DNA from: the human T2T-CHM13v2.0 reference genome, Homo sapiens
Assembly (NCBI RefSeq): GCF_009914755.1
Contig: NC_060937.1
Strand: one strand, 5' to 3'
DNA: 64,000 bases
The notes under the pieces were generated by a model. That model was not told the origin of the DNA. It worked only from the letters and a program-made list of their open reading frames with translations, and did no database searches. Positions 1 to 13,430 of the stretch are shown piece by piece. The first letter of the stretch is position 1. Every line of letters starts with the position of its first letter. Made by a program: the position numbers and the translations under genes.

Positions 1-2032
1 TAATCTTTAGCTCATTGCTAAAAATACGTAGATGACATTTGAGTACTTATTTTTCCAAGTAGTGCTAAGACAAATTCAAGGATAAATTTTACTGGCAAAC
101 AGGGGTGATATTATGTGCCTCTCATCAATCTAAAGTTTTAATTGAAGGGATCAGATGCCTCTACTATGAATAGTTTGACATCTTTAGCTGTATTTGTACA
201 AATCAGTGGAAAATATTGCTCAGTGTGTCCACTACTGACTATATAATAGATATTTCAATGTAGGATGCATATTTCAAAATCTTTTTGTAACATTTTAGGG
301 ACATTAAGTCTTCCTTGGAAGTAAACTTGGTAAGAAATATTCAGGACCATTCAACAAATCAATGGACAATGACATGTTTCGATATAAAATCAAACAGCTA
401 AAATAGTGCAGACTATTTCCCACTTAAAAGCACTGCCATATATACTTCTTCATCCTCTTTAATGTATATTCCCACCCTTTACTTTGGTGAATGTTAAAAA
501 TACTACTAGCATATGGATCAATATTGACTCTCCTAAATGTTCTCAGAGTTTTCCTCCAAAAGACATGCACACGTTACAAAAGCCAATGTGTTTATAATTT
601 ATTACAGTTCAAATATTGGGCCATATATTCTTGGTTCTAGTCAAACACTATAGACATATTTAATGGTAAAGATAAACCAAGCATTTCTAGCCAGTCACAT
701 TCAACTGAAATTGATACAGTGTAGTGATGATTTAGAGTGCTTCTTAGTTTAACTCAAGTAATTTTCTCTTTTTTTACTTTGAGATTGTAAATCTGACTAA
801 TTGCTTCACACTCTCTAGAACTGCTTCTTCTTGCTAAGTATAATTGCTACATCTGGATTCTCCTACACCCAGAGTAATTTTATGGAGGGCTTACCTACCG
901 ATCTCATTATACTTCCAGCTCTGATGCATCAAGCACCATGCTGTTATTTACCTACTTCAGTATACTTGATAAATTAAATCCAGACCTTGTTCAATGTACT
1001 CCTTTACGGCACAAATATCAAAATTTAGTATGGGTAAGATTAAACTATTAATAATATGCATTTTACTTCTTCCACAGTGGAATATACATTAGTTGTCTTT
1101 GATTTGACCACAGAAACACCAATAGCAAAGAAAAAGTAATAACGTTATTTGTGAAATAGATGAGTTTGGGAAAAGAGTATTCTAGGATAATTTTTGAGAT
1201 GGAAAAGTGATTATATTCTATCATTGCTTAATCAGCTCTTAGCTAAAATAAGGTAATGCATAGATCATAAACAGGAAAATGAGAAGATAAAAATAGTAAA
1301 GAAGGCAAGAAGAATTGCTACCCTGTACGAACACCCATTGTAAAGCCAGTTATTTTGATAACCACAAAGAATTGCCTTCTAAACTAAGCCCTAACAAACA
1401 GAGTTGATTTTTTCACTTAGACCATATTATTTCAGTCTTATTAAGAAAACCAATCCAATCTGATGAATTTTTTGTTGCTTTGCTCCGGTGCTCACAGCTG
1501 GAGGGAGGGACAATCCATAGGCTCTTGTCAGTAGCACCTCACCTCTTTGAAGTTTGTTAGAGTTATAGTTCCCTCTAAAGATTTTATCTTTTGACTGTTT
1601 TCTCTCCAGTAAAGCCATTGAGCAAATTCATTTGCATTGGCACTGAGGCTTCACTCACCTGAAATATTCCAAGAACAATGTTCTCATCTTTCCTGCTTAT
1701 CTTTGGAACATTTCTCTGCAGATAATGTGGTGACCTCTCTGTAGCACACACTTCTTAGAAGAGCAGGTAGAAAAGTCTGCTCTGAGATTTGAATGTTAAC
1801 TAAAGCACAGCTTTTTCCAGGGCGAAGTTCCCCTCCAACAAAGCTTTGGGACACAGTATGGAAATGTTGTTTATTCTACAAAGAACTCTTAAGTGCTAAC
1901 ACAAGTGAATGTTTCTATTTGGGGTCGGTGTCAATTTAGGTGGAAAAATAAAACAGAACATTTTGGGGATATTTTTGAAAATATAAAATACAGTCTATCA
2001 GAAACAGTCCTCTGTAGCCTACAGTTAGGAGG

Positions 2033-2397
2033 TGATATTGTTTGGTTGTGACCTCACTCAAATCTCATGTTGAGTTGTAGTTCTCATGATTCCCATGTGT
2101 CATGGGAGGGGCCCAGTGGGAGGTAATCAAATCATGGGGCAAGTCTTTCCCTAACTGTCCTCATGGTAGTAAGTAAGTCTCATGAGACCTGATGGCTTTA
2201 TAAATGGGAGTTCCCCTGCACAAGCTCTCTCTTGCCTGCCTCCATGTATGATGTCCCTTTGCTCTTCCTTTGTGTTCTGCCATGATTGTGAGGCCTTCCC
2301 AGTCATGTGGAACTGTGAGTCAATTAAACCTCTCTGTTTTATAAATTACCCAGTTTTGGGTATGTCTTTATTAGTAGTGTGAGCATAGCCTAATACA
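2033..2397 (+). mobile_element. THE1 (THE1C/D-like) MaLR solo LTR
   Basis: TGATATTGTTTGG...CTAATACA termini, ATTAAA poly(A) signal, perfect 5-bp TSD GGAGG (2028-2032 / 2398-2402). Confidence 0.92.
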
Positions 2398-2448
2398 GGA
2401 GGTTCCTTGATGGATGTGAAACCAGGTAGTAAAGCATTTTTTGTCTAT

Positions 2449-2990
2449 ATGAGTTATCTATTGCTGAGTAACAATGCCAAAACTTGGTTACTTGCATTGA
2501 TAAAATGTATGGCTCTTACAATTTGCATGGGTTAGAAATTTGGAGGTGGCTTAGCTGACTGGTTCTGGCTCAGGTTCTCATGAGGTGACACTGGCTAGGG
2601 CTCTATTCATCCAAAGGCTTGACTGGGGCTCCAGAATCCTCTTCCAATATGGTTGACTCCTGTGGCCCCTGTGGCTGTTAGCAGAAGGCCAACACTCACA
2701 TAGGGGTTTGTTGGCAGAAATCCCTTGCTGGATTTTGACAGGAACCCTCTGTTTCATGCCACATAGACTGCTTCATAGAACTACTTTAATGCCCTCGTGA
2801 CATGGCAGCTGGTTCCCCACAGTGTAAGAAATCCAAGAAAGAGCATAAAGAGAAGGTCACAATGTCTTCTGTCTCAGAAGTCACACGCCATCAATTCTAC
2901 CATTTTCTATTTGCTTTAAATGAGTCTGTAAATCTAGTCCAGGGAATGGAATTGAAGGGGAGAATATAGTAAATTTTGCACCCAGTTACC
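2449..2990 (-). mobile_element. MLT1 (MLT1F-like) MaLR LTR
   Basis: Antisense MLT1 motifs AGTTATCTATTGCTGAGTAACAA, GGCTTGACTGGGGCT, GTGACATGGCAGCTGG, CTCAGAAGTCACA; edges approximate. Confidence 0.75.
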
Positions 2991-3041
2991 TACAGTGAAT
3001 GTCCTTTTCACTTAGTAACATTTTGACTGCTTGAACAATAT

Positions 3042-3498
3042 TATGGTGGACAGATTTTAAGATGAGCTCCGTGAATTTTCCTTCTGGTCTTCATGCTTTT
3101 GTATCATTCTCTCTCCTGAATGTGGGCAGAAACTGTGACCTGCTTCTAACCAATGGAATGTTGGAAAGGCCATGAAATGTACATGATTACATAAGATTGC
3201 AGTGTCTGTCTTGCTAGGTCCCTCTCTTCCTGTTGCTGGCTTTGAAGAAGCAAACTGACATGACTCCTACCACCATGAGTTCTGGCTGGAATGAGGAAAT
3301 GAATTCTTTCATAACCTGAGAGTGCTTGGAAGCAGGTGCTTCCCCAGTTGAGCTTCCAGCTGAGAATCCAGCCTCAGATGACACCTTGATTGCAGCCTTG
3401 AAGAAGATTCAGCTAAGCCATTTCTAGATAATGAATGCGTGTTGTTTTAAACCATTAAATCTGTTGTGATTTGTTATGCTCCATAAGAAACTAATACA
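3042..3498 (+). mobile_element. MLT1 (MLT1G/H-like) MaLR LTR
   Basis: CTGCTTCTAACCAATGGAAT, GACACCTTGATTGCAGCCTTG and 3' end GTTATGC...AACTAATACA. Confidence 0.8.
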
Positions 3499-4052
3499 GT
3501 ACTGAAGTTAGGGAAGCCAAGTCTGACCTCTTTTTTTAAATGTTTTAAGCCATAGTACCTTGAAGAAATAAGTCACTTCACATCTTAGTATCAGTGTCCT
3601 CATCTGTTCAACAAGAGGGTGGTTTTAATAAGATCGAGGATAATCCAATCATCTTATGTCATGAAACATTACATGTGAGGTCAATAGACAAAGAGGCTAA
3701 AATAGATCTCCTCTTATTAAATAGGGAGAAAGATCCTCAAATATCTACCCTCCCATTTTATAACCCAGTAGTTAGGAGAAGCACAGATTGAATATTTTCA
3801 GACTGGATCACTTTTAAAGTGTCTAGATTCTTCTAGCCTAATCAGCCCATGGTTTTATAACAGCTTTAAAAGAGAAAGAAAAAAGGGGAAAGACCATGAG
3901 CACACACCAGGTGGACAAGGGAAAATTCAAACATATAGTATAAAATTGTTCTCACCACCAATGGCATGGCCCCTACCACTGCCAACCATTTCCCCTTTGT
4001 GCATGTCTTTCTGAACTATGTGGCAGACAAAAATAGAATGGAAGTTCACTGC

Positions 4053-4405
4053 TGTATTAGTCGGTTTTCATGATGCTGATAAAGACATACCCGAAACTGG
4101 GAAGAAAAAGTGGTTTAATTGGACTTACAGTGCCACATGGCTGGGGAGGCCTCCTAATCATGGCAGGAGGTGAAAAGCATTTCTTATGTGGTGGTGACAA
4201 GAGAAAAATCAGGAAGAAGTAAAAGCAGAAACCCCTGATAAACCCATCGGATCTCGTGAGACTTAACCACTATCATGAGAATAGCATGGGAAAGACCAGC
4301 CCCCATGATTCAATTACCTCCCCATGGGTCCCTCCCATGACGTGGGAATTCTGGGAGATACAATTCAAGTTGAGATTTAGATGGGGACACAGCCAAACCA
4401 TATCA
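4053..4405 (-). mobile_element. THE1C-like MaLR solo LTR
   Basis: TGTATTAGTC...AGCCAAACCATATCA; TSD ACTGC/AATGC with 1 mismatch. Confidence 0.92.
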
Positions 4406-4532
4406 AATGCTATTAGTGTTCATGGCTTTGACTTACAAATAAAATGTATTTCAAAGTCATGTGGAGTAACATATACTGTTAAATGTAAAGCAGCCAGAAA
4501 TTTACTCAAACTCAGTGAAAGATATTAGTCAG

Positions 4533-4533
<1 letters not shown>

Positions 4534-4579
<46 letters not shown>

Positions 4580-4591
4580 TGAGTGTGTGTG
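4534..4591. repeat. (TG)n microsatellite
   Basis: About 21 pure TG units plus a degenerate tail. Confidence 0.97.
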
Positions 4592-4619
4592 ATTTGGGGA
4601 GCGGGATTGATAGAGTAGG

Positions 4620-5118
4620 TAGTAACAGGCTCGTTAAATTTTACCATTGCCCCCAACTACATCTATGCCCTTTGCTAAGGGAGTTTACAGTTCCATTAAA
4701 GTTTAATGTTATATTCCTCTGTCCTTCTAATTTGGGTTTGGTCATGTAACTTACTTTGGCTAATGGCTTGAAGGCAGAAGAAACAGTATGACAGTTACAA
4801 GACTAAATTTTGAAATACTTCACATCTTATCTCTTGTGCCTCTGCTACTTCCATATGACAAACCACACCCCTAGTAGCCAGTTTGTCCAAGGAGATTAAA
4901 AGACACATAGGTAAAGCCACCCCAGGCAACTATGCGCCTTCAGATAGAAACAAAGGTAACCAAGCTGGTTTAGCCTGAGGAAGGACTGCTAACTCAAGCC
5001 CGCCTAGATTAGCTAAGTCTACTAACCCACAGGTCTTTTAGAATACCTGATTACTGCTTTAAGTCATCAAGTACTAGAGTAGTTGTTATGTAGTATTGGA
5101 ATATAGCTAACCTATACA
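4620..5118 (+). mobile_element. Old MLT1 (MLT1H/I-like) LTR
   Basis: GGTCATGTAACTTACTTTGGCTAATGG core and 3' end GTTGTTATGTAG...TAGCTAACCTATACA. Confidence 0.7.
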
Positions 5119-5469
5119 CTGAGCAATGGTGTTAGGAAAGAATCTTATGCATATTCTCTATCTCATATCTAGCTTCTCAAAATGCACTATGTTCCTTCCC
5201 TTACACATGCTAATAATTTAAACTTAACAGCGTTACCACTGAAAGTGTCCATCTGACTAACTAGTGACCGTATACCAGACAAGGACTGGTAAAATTGCTC
5301 TCTATTGGAAAAGTGTAAACATTGAAAATTTTGAAAGACCAAGGACAACATTAAATTGATAGTGTAAATATAGACAACTAAGATCATTAAGGTATTCTAA
5401 ATAGCTGATATCTTTAGTTATACAAAAGCATTCCTATTAAACAAGAGGTTTTAGGATATGAAGGTTGTT

Positions 5470-6207
5470 CAGTGCATATACATTTATCATTGCTATATCT
5501 TCCTGGTGGACTGATCCTTTGTCATTATGTCATATTGCTTTCTGTCTCTGGTAATTTACTTTGTTCTGAAGTCCAATTTATCTGATATTAATACAGCCAC
5601 TCCTGCTTTCTCTTGATTAATATTTGCATGGTATACATATTTTTCATCATTTTACTTTCAGTCTACCCATATCATTATATTTGGAGTGAATTTCTTACAG
5701 CCAGAATACAGCTGGTCCTCTGGATTCACAGGTTCTGCATCAGCAGATTTAACCAACTGTTCAAGAACCCTCAAAAAATAAAAATAACAGCAACAATACA
5801 GCAATAAGAAATAATAGCAATTAAAAAATAATACAGTATAACAACTAATCACATAACGTTTGCACTATACCTGGTATAAAAAGTAATATAGAGATTATTT
5901 AAATCCTACAGGAGGATATGCATACGTTACATGCAAAATCCTCAGATTTTGGGATCCACAGGCACCCTGGAACAAATCCAAAGATACTGAGGGATGGCTG
6001 CATAGTTTGATATTTTTCATTCACTCTCTCAAACTCTCTCTTTTAATTGGTATATTTAGATTATTTACAGTTAGTAAAGTTATCGATATATTAGGGTTTG
6101 TCTGCCATTTTATTTTGTTTGTTTTGTTTAAGATCTCTTATTTTTATTTGTTTGTTTTCCTTGTCTTTCCTTCCTGTAGGTTACTCAAACATACTTTGTA
6201 ATTCCAT
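5470..6207 (-). mobile_element. Old L1M fragment interrupted by MER2
   Basis: Antisense L1 endonuclease-region text (TCTGATATTAATACAGCCACTCCTGCTTTC...GTATTTGCATGG-like) on both sides of MER2. Confidence 0.75.
5709..6000 (-). mobile_element. MER2 (TcMar-Tigger) DNA transposon
   Basis: TIRs CAGCTGGTCCTCTGGATTC / GATACTGAGGGATGGCTG and internal AATACAGTATAACAACTA. Confidence 0.85.
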
Positions 6208-6324
6208 ATGAATTTTTCCATAACCTGAGTATGCTTGGAAGCAGGCACTTCCCTAGTTGAGCTTCTAGTAGAGAATCCAGCCTCAGATAACACCTTGATT
6301 GCAGCCTTGCAGAAGATTCAGCTA
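6208..6324 (+). repeat. 117-bp local duplicate of 3299-3415 (MLT1 segment)
   Basis: Ungapped hand alignment with 12 mismatches in 117 nt. Confidence 0.9.
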
Positions 6325-8039
6325 CAGTGATTTCTCTTTAGTGATTTTTAATATACCTGCAACATTCTTCTTAACAACTGCATAGAATTCCATTATGTAG
6401 ATATAACAGAATTTATTTAATTAGCCCCATTTTGTTCCTTCTTCACAAACATAGCCTAATGGACTTTTTCTGACACTCTGGTTTCAGACCTTTTTCCATT
6501 ATGATAATCACTACATTAAGGGTCTTCTTGTCTAAAATAATATTTACAGTTTATTTTTCCCAATGAAAAGTGGTAATATTCTAGGAAAATGTCACAACGT
6601 CCTTGCATCTCAATTTTCTCATATGCTATGTAACCCACACAAATAAACTTGTATTTTCTGAGACCATGCTACCTGCAAAATAAAAATAAAATCACATTAA
6701 AAGAAATACAGAATTGCTTTGCCTCTGACAGCAGCCTCTATTATGGAATTTTGAAATACCCCCACACATATTTTTCTCAGTGGCCCTGGGCATGCCTCTT
6801 GTGTCCATTAACACAGCCTTCTCTGTGAAATGTGGAAGGAACTGTTTTTCTCCTCTTTTCTAGCTGTAGTTTCCTGAGGTGATGTGGCCGATCCATCTGA
6901 TGCCCTTTGAGCCATTTGAAGGATCTTTAATACCACTGGTGCAATTTCTCCTGAAAAGATTTTTCTGTGCAATGTCGTCACACTTTGTTGGAGACTTTTT
7001 GGTATTAAAAATAGAATTACCATTTTCTGGTGGAGGAATTGTTTTATTCTTTAAGAATGTGTGTGTGCAATAAACAATTCAGTGGGCAGTTTTTTTACCC
7101 AGCTAACTGAATCAATTTAAACATATAGTCCTTAAATGTTTTATGATTAAATAATTAATCAATTTAAATATCATAACTCCTGTATCTTAAACTATGAGTT
7201 TCATGGCCCCAATCAAAATTCCCATAACATTTTTTTTCCTCTATACAGCAGGCCTATGAGTCATTCATAATCAGATACATAATTGGTCAAACCAATTAAT
7301 CAGCAATCATCTGCAAAATAATTAGAAAATACAATCTTATTCAAGGAGCAGTAGATTCAATGGCCTTGTATTACAGTTTGACTATATCATCAAAATGCAG
7401 CAGATGCATTATTACATTTCCTTTAAATTGGTGAGAAGTCTGTATCCAAACCATTAAATAAGGTGTTAACGCTCTAATTCAAAATTCTTCAGCATAAGAG
7501 CATTGAATTGTATCTCCTAACAGTGTAAAAGATTTTTTCCAGGTAATTTTCTACTCCATTACCTTATGTGATGCACAGGAGCATAGCTACACATCAAGTT
7601 GGCTTTTGAGCTGATAGCTTTTTACTGAGTATTTATTGAGCATATTATTCTATGTTGTAAGGCACAGCGCATCATGCAGATTTTTTTCAGATTTATTATT
7701 ATGACTTCCCTTCAAGAGGCACATCTTCTTTTATAGTATGAAAACCTGAGAAATTTTGACCTTTTGACCCAGAGAATCAGTACCTAAAGGCAGACTTCTT
7801 AACTGGGAAGTCCACTGTGTCATGCATTTCCCCATAAAAAATGTTCATGTTGTCTTCATAGCAGCAGTCTGAAAGAACAATAAGTCTCTTACAAACCTAC
7901 ATTTCATGGGTAACTTACATTAATATGATGCCTGGCAAGAGGAAATGGAAGCTTTGTAGTAACATATGTAAGTTTGTATTCATTTAAAAACAGTCGTGCA
8001 ATTTGCATGTGACATTTAATTACAGACATCATTTAAACA

Positions 8040-8300
8040 TTCTTATAATGGTTCAATGCTGAGGCTCCAGGCTGCAGCTAACCAAGTTGAAAATCCTGGC
8101 TTGGCCACTTACTAGGTATTTGAACTAAGACAAGTTTCTTATTTATTAGGCCTCGGTGTTCTTCATCTTTAAACAAAGGGGTCTATTTTTAATACCAACC
8201 ACATACATTTGAGAGATGACTAAGTAAGATAATGCAACTAAATAATTTAGCAGAGTTTTGTTTAGTTAGGGCAAAATAAAGATTAAATATTGTTATTATA
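8040..8300 (+). mobile_element. MIR SINE
   Basis: AATCCTGGCTTGGCCACTTACTAG...GGCCTCGGTGTTCTTCATCTTTAAA degenerate core. Confidence 0.7.
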
Positions 8301-9846
8301 TCTACAGGTTGGTATATGGTTAGCTTTGCTAGTTAGTACACTTCACTGTAACCGTACCAGAACACGTCATCGAAGATTACTTGAGAAATGAGAAGGAAAA
8401 AATCAAAATAAATAAACTTCTAGGTACTAAAAATCATGTAAGATCTGTTGTTGTTTTATTGCTTGAGTATCAATGGTATAAAAATACAGTACTCAAGAGC
8501 CCATATCATCTATAAAAAAAACAGAAAACACTTATTCCATCTTTATAAATAGACAGGTAGCTCTAGGAAGAGAAACCATACAATAAACACTAAAGTAAGC
8601 TTTAGAAACAAACATTTAAATCTTCATTCTCAAGTTAACGTTTTCCAAAAACACATCGTTTTATTTTAGTCCTTTGAAATAGAATAGTACCAAGCAAATT
8701 TAAAATGTGCCTCGTTTCTGCCTTTCTAGATGCCATTACATTTGCTTACTAAGCCACTTCTCGAGTTAAAGAAATAAAACATACACACTGCTTTCTAGAG
8801 CTTAAAATTATGTCTCTTTAAATTAACACCCGTCTCTCCAGCAGAGGGAGCAAATAAGTTTTTGTATTTTCATTTCTACCAAAAGAACTTCTTTGACTTA
8901 CTATGTGCTTTTGTATAAAACACTTTGAATGCTATATTAAAGAATAAATTTGTAATAAGAATGTATTTAAGTCAACTCAATAGTACATATTAAATGTTCA
9001 AAAAATACTCCTAGGTGTAGGTCTTATGCTTTTCATTTTGCTAAAGGCACTACATCTGTGAAAATGTAACTCTAAATATTAGCCACACAAAGAAAAATTA
9101 TTTTTAAACTCTTGAAATACTAAACTACATATATACGGTACATTTTAAACAACTATGTATTCTAGAGTTTTTTTATTTTTGAATTTTTTCTTAACTCCCT
9201 CTTAGAAATCTAATAGTAGTAGAAACATGCCAAATAAATGTTGGAAAAAGATTGTCACATATCTTGGGATATGCTATGTTTGTGAGTTAAATGTGTAATA
9301 TTAAACTCACATTGGATTACAATGATTTAATTACTTAGACTTTAAAATCATAATTCTTAGGGTGTAATTTCTCTTAGATTTAGTTCCAAAATCATTTCAA
9401 TAATTTGTAAATGGCTTTAAATTTTGAACTTAATAAAATAAAAACTCTTTAGTGAGTTTTTTCCTCCTCTGTTATCTAGTTTTTCTTTCATAATTTTAGG
9501 AATAATGAATTAATAGTCCTAAGAACTAATGACTACTTATTCTGAGAGACCCTAGTAAGGCAAGAAAGCTTATAGGCTTTAAGCATAAATTTCTATTCTT
9601 AAGGAGAGCTTTATTAAATGTGTACCTGATGCATTTAGCATTTACAAATTCTCAATATGTATCCCAGAACTAGGACTGACATGTTGAATTTTTTAAGTTA
9701 ACTGCTCCATATATATACATATTTAATATATATAAAACAAATTATTGTATAATAACAAATCCTTTTAAGTATTTAAAATAACTCTAAAATTTGACTTTGG
9801 TTCTGGCATTGACATGAAGGTACTTGGAGACCTTAAGAAAGTTGCC

Positions 9847-10208
9847 TACGGTTGCTAAGATGTATTTAACCACAGCAACTCTGCAAACAGCCTTGAACAC
9901 TGCAGTACTCATACTGTACTTCTTAGTTCTATGTTAGTTACAAAGGTACAGTTGCTAAGATATGTTTAACCACAGCAACTCAGAGATGCAAACAGCCTTG
10001 AACACTGTAGTATTCTTACTGTACTTCTTAGTTCTATGTTAGTTACAAAGGTACAGTTGCTAAGAGGCAAACAGCCTTGAACACTGTAGTATTCTTACTG
10101 TACTTCTTAGTTTTATGTTAGTTATAAAGGTACGGTTGCTAAGATGCAAACAGCCTTGAACACTGTAGTATTCTTATTTACTTCTTAGTTCTATATTAGC
10201 TACAAAGG
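9847..10208. repeat. Minisatellite with 4 copies (100/105/79/78 bp)
   Basis: Units start at 9847, 9947, 10052 and 10131 with TAC(A/G)GTTGCTAAGA and share GCAAACAGCCTTGAACACTG and a GTTACAAAGG-like end. Confidence 0.95.
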
Positions 10209-10310
10209 TCTCCAGTCTCAGACCATCCCTCAACATGACAGAATGTATTTGGTGTAATAGAATCTTATCATACTCAGTAAAAAGGTTTGCCAGGACCCTA
10301 TATCCTGGCT

Positions 10311-10337
10311 TTTTGTTGTTGTTGTTGTTGTTGTTGT
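10311..10337. repeat. (GTT)n microsatellite
   Basis: About 8 GTT units. Confidence 0.9.
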
Positions 10338-10559
10338 ACTTCAGAGATGATTTCTACTAGCTTATCCCAGTAAATGTGAATAATAATGCTTTCCTTTTCA
10401 ATTCCAAATATCTATAGGAATCTCTGGAGATGCTTTCAATATTTGTTGAATCTCTTGCCTCATAACTCATGTCTTCTTTATGCCTGAGAAAATATGCAAG
10501 GCAGAGAAATGTTCCTATTCTCAGTGAGCGCCACCTCCATACCTCCAGTCCAAGCTACA

Positions 10560-11300
<741 letters not shown>

Positions 11301-11311
11301 CTAACCTAAGT

Positions 11312-11531
11312 CAGGGTTACTCAACCTTGACACTACTAATATTTTGGGTTGAGTAATTGTTTGATGTGGGGAGCCCTGCTGTGCATCGTAGGATGTTTGG
11401 CAGCATCTCTGGCCTCCACCCAGTTGATGACAGTAGCAATCAGTGTCCAGTTGTGACAACAAAAAATGTCTCCAGATTTTTCCGAATGTCCTCTGGATAG
11501 GGGCAATGTTATTTCCCATTGAGAACCACTG
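11312..11531 (+). mobile_element. MER20 (hAT-Charlie)
   Basis: CAGGGTTACTCAACC...GAGAACCACTG; 8-bp TSD ACCTAAGT/CCCTAAGT. Confidence 0.9.
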
Positions 11532-11601
11532 CCCTAAGTGAACTAGCCCAACCCATGATTTTATATGCCAAATATTACAAGCAAGGGTGTTAAAAGATCC
11601 A

Positions 11602-11603
11602 TC

Positions 11604-11634
<31 letters not shown>

Positions 11635-11650
11635 TTCTCTCTCTGTCTCC
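11602..11650. repeat. (CT)n microsatellite
   Basis: CT run. Confidence 0.9.
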
Positions 11651-12900
11651 TCAGTCCAGCAATAAGTAGTCCAGTGGTGGTATCATAGCACCAAGATTGT
11701 CAAGAACCCAGGTTCTTTATTTGGCTTCATCAAAGTAAGAGTTAAGAGTTTTTCCCTCATCCACATGTTCTAAGATGATTTGCCACCGCTATGTCCATAT
11801 TCTGTCCAACAAAAAGATAAAAACCAAGAGAAGTGAGACGAGTATGTACTCTCTTTTTCAAAGCATATCCCTAAATGCACACATCACTTCTAGCTGCAAA
11901 GGAGTCTGGGAAATATAAAAATCGAATTTTCATTGCAAAAAATATGATATTAATAAAAGCAAATAAAAGAATCAGTAAAATGTATATCAGGGAACAACAA
12001 GCAGTTTTTGCCACATCCTGACCTTTTGACCACCAAAATATCTGCTGTGCACCTTTCTTTTCATAAGAAAAGTACATTCACCTCTTGTCCAAAGGAAAAA
12101 CAAAAACAAAAACAAAACCAGTCCCAGATGGGTACTACTCTCAGATCAAAGTCCAGGATCTCTGGGAGATAGTCTTCTCCATAAATTCCATATGTTGCTT
12201 CTCCTGATTAGGAAACTATGAATGAAAAAGAAAGTTATATGTCCCCCCATCGCTATTTACACACACATCCTCACAAACTCAACAGCAGATGATGTTAGGA
12301 ACAAGATAATCTCTGGCACATAGCAACAATCAAATTCTGCTGGGAAGACTGGACTTGGGAAGACTGCTGCCCTGACAGACGTGTAGTTCTGGTGTGGATA
12401 AGCCCATTTGGCAGCCCCTGATTCCTGCACTCCTAATTTTATATTCAGGAGCTTCTTGTTTGTTCTTATTCTCTGTGATCCTACCAAAAGTAGGAAAGGG
12501 ATGTATGCTTTTCTTATGGGCAAACCTTTTGCAGCCTGTTTTCTACTAAGTAGGTTTTGGTCTTTGAGGGTTAATTTAGAGCTGAAATCATCACAGGCAT
12601 TTCTAGGTCAGGCTTCTGGTTTCTTTGCTGATAATAAATATCTTGTGTTAGTATCTATTACCAAATTTCTAGAAGTCTTGAGCCTAAAGAGTTTTACTTA
12701 CTAGCCACTTTGATGTTCCAATTTCCCTCTTCTCTCAATTGAATTCTGGCTCCCTTTAGAACCTAAAAGCTTCAGGAGGAACGCAGCCTCTATAATCTGA
12801 CCTCTGTTACTGACTGTCAAAAATACACAACAGGAGAAAACCCCAGGGTCACAGTCTTATCTCCTACTAAATCTACCTGCTCAGAGCCACCCATCATCAC
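11650..12900 (-). mobile_element. Old MLT1 (J/K-like) LTR plus MaLR internal remnant
   Basis: GCTGCAAAGGAGTCTGGGAAAT and LTR end ...TTTGCCACA near 12014, followed by internal-like sequence; right edge uncertain. Confidence 0.55.
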
Positions 12901-13239
12901 TGCTTCAATTGGGGGAGAGATATAGTTGGTAATAGTTGTCTTTTTCAGCTCTGCAAAGCCCAAATTACTGGACCTTCATTCAACATAGAACATGAGATTC
13001 TTGTGGCTATTTTTTTCTGTCTTCACCAGCATCTAACACCCAGTATGAATCTTAGCAAGTGTTCAGTAACTGATTTTCAGTGAACTTTAAACGTTAATTA
13101 ACTCCACAAAGTATTTGAAAAGAACCAAATGAGTTGCAGACTTGGTGCAGGATGTTTGGAGAGATCTCTGTGGCTGTAACTGCTAGGAAAATCTTACAGA
13201 GGGGGTAGGATTTATGCAGAAATTTCCGTATCACAGAAC

Positions 13240-13430
13240 TTTTCAAAAAAACATTAGTTGTATTATTTAACCTTCAGATCAATCCCACGAGATGATACAT
13301 TGCCAGTTTACAAATGACAAAACTGAAGTTCAAAGCTTTCTCCCTACTGCTGCTCAGTCAGTAAGATAGATAACTTAGATTCGAATCCACTTCTTCCAAA
13401 TTTCAAAATCTTCACTCCTCTCATTTTCTA
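13240..13430 (-). mobile_element. MIR SINE
   Basis: CCAGTTTACAAATGACAAAACTGAAGTTCA...GATTCGAATCCA. Confidence 0.7.

Noticed and set aside
1672-1684. AGAACA-A-TGTTCT palindrome as a GRE/ARE
   Set aside because: Spacer is 1 nt; steroid receptor elements need 3 nt
1659-1753. Minus-strand exon ending in CAG|GTGAGT
   Set aside because: Strong donor but weak AAG acceptor and no recognisable peptide
9847-10208. CRISPR-like appearance of the repeat array
   Set aside because: Whole units are repeated with no unique spacers, and the context is eukaryotic
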